Below the pieces are notes generated by a model, which did no database searches, was not told where the DNA came from, and was given only the letters and a program-made list of their open reading frames with translations. 64,000 nucleotides of DNA from an uncultured Clostridia bacterium (GTDB lineage: Bacteria > Bacillota > Clostridia > Christensenellales > CAG-314). Location of the stretch: contig CANQYT010000003.1 in the NCBI GenBank assembly GCA_947628135.1, positions 3,387-67,386 of the forward strand, read 5' to 3'. Made by a program: the position numbers and the translations under genes. Every line of letters begins with the position of its first letter. The stretch's first letter is position 1. Below are positions 10,330-16,432 of the stretch, piece by piece.

Positions 10330-10457
10330 AATAAAATCAGATAAGTCGTTAGAGCGCAGTAAATCGACAATAAAGATTTGAACACGAAATAATTGTTTTG
10401 TTTAAGAGTAATAAAGTGAATTACATAGAATTATCAAAATTTGAAGGCGAGGCAGTT
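10330..10457 (+). repeat. left arm of an imperfect inverted repeat (best-conserved core 10416-10457)
   Basis: 'gtgaattacatagaattatcaaaatttgaaggcgaggcag' matches the reverse complement of 10979-11020. Weaker similarity extends ~125 bp outward ('aaaataaaatcag', 'tagagcg'). Confidence 0.8.
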
Positions 10458-10556
10458 CATAGTCCGTTGTAAAGGAATATTTGATAATTTATTTTATAAA
10501 GAATAATTTCGGACGTTTCAGAAGCAAAACCACTCTCAAAAATCGCTTTTTTACCC

Positions 10557-10594
10557 ATATCTATTCGCAAAAGCTGCCTTTTGCGAATAGATAT
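10557..10594. other. perfect 17-bp stem / 4-nt loop hairpin
   Basis: 'atatctattcgcaaaag' ctgc 'cttttgcgaatagatat'. It lies inside the inverted-repeat-flanked unique core. Confidence 0.85.
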
Positions 10595-10867
10595 GTATTA
10601 GTGTGCTTATGCCTCATACATCAAAAAACTATTCGCGCCGCATCTTTTGCCGTTGAAATTCTTGTCAATACAGAGCCGTGCTGTAACCATTAAGAGAGAT
10701 AAATTTTGGCAACGACATTGCCGTCAAAGAGCAATCAGCTGAGATTCTCGCCCCACCAAATGTGAAACTCTTTGTAACAACAGCAACCGAATTGCACCGC
10801 CCCTAACAGAATTTTCAGTCAGACCGAGCAAAAAAGTTCAAACTCGAATTTTCAGCGTGACACATCA

Positions 10868-10905
10868 GCGCTTCCGGAGGAGATAATATTCGGTAGCGCC
10901 TTTTT
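10868..10905 (+). terminator. candidate intrinsic terminator inside the unique core
   Basis: Stem gcgcttccg / cggtagcgc with one internal mismatch and a 14-nt loop, followed by cTTTTTg. Confidence 0.4.
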
Positions 10906-10978
10906 GCACTACATTTACGGCGATCGGTTCTTAGCCGGTGTTAATATAAGTTAATAGTCATTCTATAAAAGGTGTACG

Positions 10979-11100
10979 ACTGCTCGCCTTCAAATTTTGA
11001 TAATTATAGTAATTTCACGTACTACTTAACAAAATAATTAGTACGCAATCTCATTTGAAGATTACGCTCTACTAAGACGTCTCTGATTTTATTTTCAATC
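10979..11100 (-). repeat. right arm of the imperfect inverted repeat
   Basis: The reverse complement reads 'gtgaaattactataattatcaaaatttgaaggcgagcag', matching the left arm apart from a few mismatches and indels. Confidence 0.8.
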
Positions 11101-11114
11101 AGCGAAGAAATAGA

Positions 11115-11326
11115 GAGTACGTTTTGGAACGTGTACTTGCATTTACAAACTAACTCGTAATAGTTCCTCGCGGGAAGTTGCTCAAAGCATATTCAATACT
11201 AAACTTTATTTTAAGTTTTATTCTCGGCAAAAACTTTTACCTTGTAAAAAACTCTTTTCAAAGAGAACAGTAGCACCCCGGAAAACAAAAAATTGACTTC
11301 TATTAGCACAGACTTTGAAAAAAAAG
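11115..11326 (-). repeat. repeat-family copy L (inverted relative to 14956-15170)
   Basis: It aligns along its full length to the reverse complement of 14956-15170. Roughly four of five positions are identical by eye. Confidence 0.85.
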
Positions 11327-11694
11327 CAGCAAATAAAGACTTGTTTAAGATTCGTTGACTTTATTGTTTTGTACCGTTCAATTGCTCTTTATGCAGTCTC
11401 ATTGCTTGGATATGCTTTGTACACCACAACGGGCAAAACACACATAACAAGGGATATCAAAGCGCCAAACCTCCGAATATTTTGCGCGAGCAATGCGGTT
11501 ATGCTCAATCGCTATCTGTAAACTGGCGACATATTTGTTTTGAAACTTCCAAAAGCCATATTGCACTATTCCTTTTGACAATTTCAAACGTGATTGTTTT
11601 GCAAACAGTGTGACAAAATGATGTTTCAATGTCAACCCTGCTACACCACCCTTTGATACCGTCAAATTTTATGTAAAAATTATTCGCAAAATAT

Positions 11695-11723
11695 TTGCTT
11701 TACGAATAGATTAGCGTTATAAT
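11695..11723 (+). promoter_or_regulatory. candidate sigma-A promoter ~200 nt upstream of the recombinase gene
   Basis: TTGCTT, 17-nt spacer, TATAAT. Confidence 0.4.
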
Positions 11724-11923
11724 ATAGTTGACAACAAACAAAATATATAAAATTAGACGAAAATACGGGCGAAAAGGCAGAATTTCAATCAATTTCTCAC
11801 CTGCAAACCGCATTTCAAACAGAAAATTTTTTGCGACGTAGAAAAAACGGGCATTCGCGTTTCGTTGAATCCCCTGTTACACCGCCGCTCGCCGTCAGAA
11901 CATATAAAAAGGAGAACAACACC

Positions 11924-12991
11924 GTGAGTCAAACCTATTTCAACAACAGAGACGCCGAAAATCTCGAAAAATTGGACAAAATACTCGATGAGGATCTGCC
12001 CGACTTCTGTCGTGAATACTTCGTCGGTATATCCGCTAACACAACAACGCTTACGAGGTTGAACTACGGCTACGACATACGCACGTTTTTCAACTATCTC
12101 GTGACGAAAATTTCCCGTTTCAAGGGCAAATCGTCCAAGGAAATCACTCCTCACGACATCGAATCGCTGTCCCCCTTTGAAATCGAGGCGTATCTTAGTT
12201 ACGTCGAGATATACCGCAAGGACGGCAACATTGTCAAAAACGGCGCGCGCGGAAAAAGCAGAAAACTTGCCGCTATACGCTCTATGGTGAAATATTTCGA
12301 AAAGAAGCAAATAATTCGCTACAACCCCACCGCATCCGTAGACACTCCCAAATTGCGCGAGAAAGAAATTATCCGACTTGACGGCAACGAAATAGAAACT
12401 ATGCTCGACGTCGTGGACACAGGCGAAGGGCTCACCGAACGCCAGCAAAAATACCAGGAAAACACCCGTATTCGCGATCTGGCAATGGTAAGTCTGCTCC
12501 TCGGGACGGGCATACGCGTAAGCGAACTTGTCGGAATAGATATAGACGACGTCAATTTCGACGATCTGAGTTTTGTCGTTACGCGCAAAGGCGGCGCGAG
12601 GGTTATTTTGTATTTTTCGGAAGAAATTGCCGGATACTTGTACGATTACTACTGCCGCCGCGTTGCCGACAGCACTGTAAAAGACGAGCCCGCGCTTTTC
12701 CTTTCCCTGCAAAAAAGGCGCATAACCACTCGCGCGGTAGAAAACATTGTAAAAAAATACAGCCTTGTCGCTACGCCGCTGAAACATATCACGCCTCACA
12801 AACTGCGCTCCACTTTCGGTACGCAACTCTACCGCAACACGGGGGACATTTACGTAGTTGCCGACGTTCTCGGACACAAGGACGTCAACACTACCAAACG
12901 CCACTATGCGGCGATCACCGAGGACATTCGGCGCAATGCAAGTACGAAAATCAGTCTCAGGCGCACGCCGACGGACGACGACGGAGAATAA
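11924..12991 (+). CDS. Xer-like tyrosine site-specific recombinase
   Basis: The ORF opens at 11831, but GTG at 11924 follows aaaaGGAG. An N-terminal SAM-like domain is present. The catalytic region carries GIRVSEL, HKLRSTFGT, LGHKDVNTT and the nucleophile Tyr in TKRHYA. Confidence 0.88.
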   Translation: MSQTYFNNRDAENLEKLDKILDEDLPDFCREYFVGISANTTTLTRLNYGYDIRTFFNYLVTKISRFKGKSSKEITPHDIESLSPFEIEAYLSYVEIYRKDGNIVKNGARGKSRKLAAIRSMVKYFEKKQIIRYNPTASVDTPKLREKEIIRLDGNEIETMLDVVDTGEGLTERQQKYQENTRIRDLAMVSLLLGTGIRVSELVGIDIDDVNFDDLSFVVTRKGGARVILYFSEEIAGYLYDYYCRRVADSTVKDEPALFLSLQKRRITTRAVENIVKKYSLVATPLKHITPHKLRSTFGTQLYRNTGDIYVVADVLGHKDVNTTKRHYAAITEDIRRNASTKISLRRTPTDDDGE

Positions 12992-12993
12992 AT

Positions 12994-14241
12994 ATGGATA
13001 TAAAGATAGAAAACGTTGCGTTGATGTACGTGGAATTACCGGACAGCAATGCCGAACAGGATATTTACGAACTTACCGAACTTATCCGTACCGCGCAAGG
13101 TGAAGTAAAACTGCAATGTACGCAAAAGCGCAGCAGCGTCGACCCCGAAACAGTAGTTGGCAAAGGCAAACTCGAAGAGTTGAAAAGCGCGTTGGATTGC
13201 CGTGACGATATCGACGTGGTGATTTTTTCCTGTCGGTTGAGCGCAACGCAGCGCACCGTCCTCAAAAAGGAATTGAACTGCGACGTAATAGACAAAATCG
13301 ACTTGATATTGGACATCTTCGCGCTGCGCGCCACCTCCGCAGAAGGAAAAAAACAGGTGGAATTGGCTCAACTCACCTACAACCTCGCCACCAAGCCGAG
13401 CGGCGACTTTTCACGGCAGGGCGCAGGAATAGGCACGCGAGGTCCGGGCGAAACCAAGTTGGAAACAAACAAGCGCGTCGCCCGCGAACGAATTTACCGA
13501 TTGCGCAGAGAATTGAACGAGATAGAAAAACGGCGCGAGTTAACTCGTAAACGCCGCGAGGAAAACGGAGTGTTTACAGTGGCTCTCGTCGGCTACACCA
13601 ATGCGGGGAAATCTACCCTTTTCAACCGTCTGACACAGGCGCAAGTTTATGCGGACGACAAACTTTTTGCAACGCTCGACACCACCGTCAGACGTATAAA
13701 AATGGATAATGGGGTGGAAATTTTGCTTTGCGACACGGTCGGGTTTATCAACGATTTACCGCACGCATTGCTCAATGCTTTCAAGTCAACGTTGGAGGAG
13801 GCAACGCGCGCAGATTTGTTGCTGAACGTATGCGACGCCTCCGACGAAAACGTTGCGCAGCACATAGAGGTCACCGAGCGCACCCTCGCCGAGATCGGCG
13901 CTTTTGCACCGCTTGTGCGCGTTTACAACAAGTGTGACAAACTGACATCCGAAGCGATGGGCAGGGCAGCCTTCGGCGATTCGGTAACGTCCGTATTCGT
14001 GTCCGCGCTCACGGGGAAAAACGTTGACGTGCTTTCGGAAATTATCGCTCGGTACGTTTCGGAAAAATATGCCGTCGTGTCGCTTCGTGCCGCTCACACG
14101 GAAAGCGCAAAACTGCTGTCGGAACTGAACAAATACGGTGCGAACTGCCTTGACGTGTCGTACGATGACGCAGGCGTAAGGATAAAAGCCGTTCTGTCGA
14201 AAAAATACGTCGGAGCGATAGCAAAATACGTCTCTTTGTAA
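12994..14241 (+). CDS. hflX: GTPase HflX
   Basis: 415 aa with the HflX N-domain (GKGKLEELK...), G1 GYTNAGKST, G3 DTVGF and G4 NKCD. Confidence 0.93.
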   Translation: MDIKIENVALMYVELPDSNAEQDIYELTELIRTAQGEVKLQCTQKRSSVDPETVVGKGKLEELKSALDCRDDIDVVIFSCRLSATQRTVLKKELNCDVIDKIDLILDIFALRATSAEGKKQVELAQLTYNLATKPSGDFSRQGAGIGTRGPGETKLETNKRVARERIYRLRRELNEIEKRRELTRKRREENGVFTVALVGYTNAGKSTLFNRLTQAQVYADDKLFATLDTTVRRIKMDNGVEILLCDTVGFINDLPHALLNAFKSTLEEATRADLLLNVCDASDENVAQHIEVTERTLAEIGAFAPLVRVYNKCDKLTSEAMGRAAFGDSVTSVFVSALTGKNVDVLSEIIARYVSEKYAVVSLRAAHTESAKLLSELNKYGANCLDVSYDDAGVRIKAVLSKKYVGAIAKYVSL

Positions 14242-14255
14242 GCGGAAACATTTTT

Positions 14256-14269
14256 AGAACAATTGTTTG
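14256..14269. promoter_or_regulatory. LexA (Cheo/SOS) box upstream of lexA
   Basis: 'aGAACaattGTTTg' differs at one position from the Firmicute GAAC-N4-GTTC consensus. It lies 44 nt upstream of the lexA ATG. Confidence 0.6.
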
Positions 14270-14277
14270 TTTTTGTA

Positions 14278-14306
14278 TTGCGCAAAAAGAAAAAACGTGC
14301 TACAAT
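14278..14306 (+). promoter_or_regulatory. candidate lexA promoter (extended -10)
   Basis: TTGCGC, 17-nt spacer, TGcTACAAT. The -10 hexamer ends 7 nt before the A of the lexA ATG, and no SD lies in between. Confidence 0.5.
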
Positions 14307-14312
14307 AAACGT

Positions 14313-14915
14313 ATGAAAAAAGGGGAGATCCGAGTAGAGAAAATATACAAATTCATCAGAAGATTCGTCGATGACAACGGTTTTCCGCCCTCCGTGCGTG
14401 AGATTGGACAGAAATTCGGAATTAAATCCACCTCCACGGTACACTACTATCTGGAAAAATTGCGTAATCGCGGTCTCATTTCGCAGGACGCCAACAAGAA
14501 ACGCGCCTTTTCCGTCACGCAATCGCGGGTACAATCCAACTATGTGCCGCTTGTCGGCAACGTAAGCGCAGGCACAGGCATACTTGCCGTGGAAAATATC
14601 GAGGGCGAATTTCCATTGCCTCAGGATATTTTTTCCGGCAAAGACCTGTTTATGTTGCGCGTGGAAGGGGACAGTATGATCGACGTCGGTATCTCCGACG
14701 GTGATTTTGTGGTCGTACAATCGCAGAGTTCTGCCGACGTAGGCGACTTAGTCGTGGCGTTGTGGCAGGAGAAAGCCACCGTAAAACGCCTCGCCGCACT
14801 ATCGCCCAATCTTGTGTTGCACCCGGAAAACAGTCGGCTGGACGACATAGTGATTCCTCCCGACGAAGATCCCGCCATTATCGGTAAGGTAGTCGGTTGC
14901 ATAAAACGTTTCTGA
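14313..14915 (+). CDS. lexA: LexA repressor
   Basis: 200 aa with an N-terminal winged HTH (PSVREIGQKFGIKSTSTVHYYLEKL). The S24 peptidase core carries GDSM and VKRL. Confidence 0.95.
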   Translation: MKKGEIRVEKIYKFIRRFVDDNGFPPSVREIGQKFGIKSTSTVHYYLEKLRNRGLISQDANKKRAFSVTQSRVQSNYVPLVGNVSAGTGILAVENIEGEFPLPQDIFSGKDLFMLRVEGDSMIDVGISDGDFVVVQSQSSADVGDLVVALWQEKATVKRLAALSPNLVLHPENSRLDDIVIPPDEDPAIIGKVVGCIKRF

Positions 14916-14932
14916 TATTGTTTACGTAAACG

Positions 14933-14962
14933 CAGTCCCGTTTGTTTTCGGGACTGTTTTTT
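14933..14962 (+). terminator. intrinsic terminator of lexA
   Basis: cagtcccg tttgtttt cgggactg followed by TTTTTT. Confidence 0.85.
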
Positions 14963-15170
14963 CAAAGTCTGCGAGAACAAAAGTCAAATTTTTGTTTTCG
15001 GGTGTTCTACTGCCGCTCTTTTGAAACGAGTTCTTGCAGAGTGAAGTTTTTGCCGAGAATAAAACGCAAAATAAAGTTTAGTATTGGAATTATGTTTTTA
15101 ACAACTTCCCGCAAGGAACTAACACAAGCAGAGTTTGTAAATGCAAATACACGTATTCCAAAACGTACTC
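14956..15170 (+). repeat. repeat-family copy R (inverted partner of 11115-11326)
   Basis: See copy L. It starts at the U-tract of the lexA terminator. Confidence 0.85.
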
Positions 15171-15500
15171 TTTTTTTTTGACTCGAAGTATGTGCTAAAA
15201 GTTTAGTATTGTAATTTAGCTTTGAACAATGTCCCGAATAGCAATTACGCGCGAAATTTGTTAATATAAACATACGTTTCTCAAAACGCACCCTATTTCT
15301 TCACTCGAAGTACGTGCTATACGTTGAAATTTGTGCGAATTTTAGTGATTTTTCAAAACCAAATTTAGTATTGGAATTATGCTTTTAACAACTTTCCGCA
15401 AGGAACTAACACAAGCAGAGTTTGTAAATGCAGATAGACGTATTTCAAGACATACTCGGTTTCTTCGCTCTAAGTCACGGGCTATGTTGGAATTTGTACG
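15073..15500 (+). repeat. three tandem diverged units (about 125-165 bp each) of the same repeat family
   Basis: Units start at 15073, 15197 and 15361 ('aaagtttagtattggaattatg...'). Units 1 and 3 are very similar, and unit 2 is more diverged. Confidence 0.85.
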
Positions 15501-15504
15501 TATT

Positions 15505-16335
15505 TTACAGATTTTTTAATATGCTGTATTTTTCCAAAAGACGGTCGCACTCGCGATAGTCTGGAACTGCATTCGAAACAAACTCCCAAAAACCTTCGTC
15601 GTGCAGCGTATGTTCGAAATGTGCAAATCCGTGCGCAATCACGTATCGCCGCAAATCGGGCGGAAGTTGCGCCAGACGAAAGTCAAAGCAAAGGGATCTG
15701 CTCGCCGCAAGCGAGCACTTCACCCAAAAGTCGGCGTTGTCTCTGAATTCTATTTTTACGGGACAAAGGGAAACGGCGCTTCCAAATGCCGCAACTTCCT
15801 CAGCCACACGCTCCTCTGCAACTCTTTTCAAAAAATTTTTGACGGCTTTTAGGCGCGCGTCCCTGTCGGAAAAATGCTTTTCGGAAATGAACAACACGTC
15901 TTTTTCCAGGTAACTTTTGTTTCCAATCGCCGAACGCACGTTTACGACGTTGCCGTTCAAAATGGTCTTGTATCCGTTTATTATGTCTTTTTTGTCGTCG
16001 CGTACGGGCAGATTCCTTTCCTCGGCAATAGGTTTTACGTAGCGACCCGCTTGCGCGTAATTTACTTCGGGTTTGTTGTTTTGCGTCAATACGGGCGGAT
16101 TCTCCTTTTTTTGCGACTTTATCCAGCCCATATTGTCGGCGATAACTTGTTTTATGCGCTTGTCTGACATAAAGGCGTACGCCGTCACTTTCAGCACGCC
16201 CGCCTCTACTTTCAGTTTTACCACGCGCCTGAGCGTCCTTGTCAACTCCACTTTCATAGTCAAAAGTGTAACGTCCTTTTGCTGAAAATATTTGATTTCT
16301 TTTACAAATTCTGCAATTTTATTGTCAAAAAGCAC
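15505..16335 (-). CDS. DUF45/YgjP-like (M48-type) metallopeptidase homolog with a degenerate HExxH motif
   Basis: 276 aa with a GTG start after gaaagg. The C-terminal region IAHGFAHFEHTLHDEGFW aligns with the family HELxHxxxxNH motif, but Glu is replaced by Gly. Confidence 0.7.
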   Translation of the reverse strand: MLFDNKIAEFVKEIKYFQQKDVTLLTMKVELTRTLRRVVKLKVEAGVLKVTAYAFMSDKRIKQVIADNMGWIKSQKKENPPVLTQNNKPEVNYAQAGRYVKPIAEERNLPVRDDKKDIINGYKTILNGNVVNVRSAIGNKSYLEKDVLFISEKHFSDRDARLKAVKNFLKRVAEERVAEEVAAFGSAVSLCPVKIEFRDNADFWVKCSLAASRSLCFDFRLAQLPPDLRRYVIAHGFAHFEHTLHDEGFWEFVSNAVPDYRECDRLLEKYSILKNL

Positions 16336-16354
16336 CTTTCGGCTGTTTATTTTT

Positions 16355-16377
16355 AATACTATGTCACAAATAGTATT
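16355..16377. promoter_or_regulatory. palindromic motif site S1 (aATACTAT-gtcacaa-ATAGTATt)
   Basis: 7-8 bp perfect arms with a 7-nt spacer. It lies 20 nt upstream of the DUF45 start and 8 nt from the -35 of the padR-like promoter. The 24-mer is identical to 48802-48825. Confidence 0.6.
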
Positions 16378-16385
16378 TTAAAATA

Positions 16386-16414
16386 TTGACATTTTTGTAC
16401 ATATATTCTACAAT
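16386..16414 (+). promoter_or_regulatory. sigma-A promoter of the PadR-like gene
   Basis: TTGACA, 17-nt spacer, TACAAT. An AGGAGG RBS and the ATG at 16433 follow. Confidence 0.65.
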
Positions 16415-16432
16415 ATTCGCAAGGAGGTCAAT

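Noticed and set aside
11399-11665. 88-codon minus-strand ORF (MTVSKGGVAGLTLKHHFVTLFAK...), the longest in the 2.9-kb gap, plus the 82-codon ORF 9059-9307 and the 66-70-codon ORFs at 10108, 10481 and 11315.
   Set aside because: The 88-codon ORF starts at a TTG with no Shine-Dalgarno sequence and has no internal Met. I recognise no domain signature in any of them. They may be gene relics, but they cannot be supported as functional CDS from sequence alone.
11860-11885. tRNA-like T-loop impression from 'gtttcgttgaatcccctg'.
   Set aside because: No acceptor, D or anticodon stems can be drawn around it. It lies in the leader/ORF-extension of the recombinase gene.
8854-11923. Alternative genetic code (stop-codon reassignment) as an explanation for the ORF-free islands.
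   Set aside because: TAA, TAG and TGA are all frequent in every frame of these regions. All flanking genes read through correctly with the standard code.
14963-14990. A second SOS box in the repeat next to the lexA terminator ('GAACaaaaGTCa').
   Set aside because: The right half deviates from GTTC. The corresponding position in the inverted copy at 11.3 kb ('gctaatagaagtc') is not conserved, so it is probably fortuitous.
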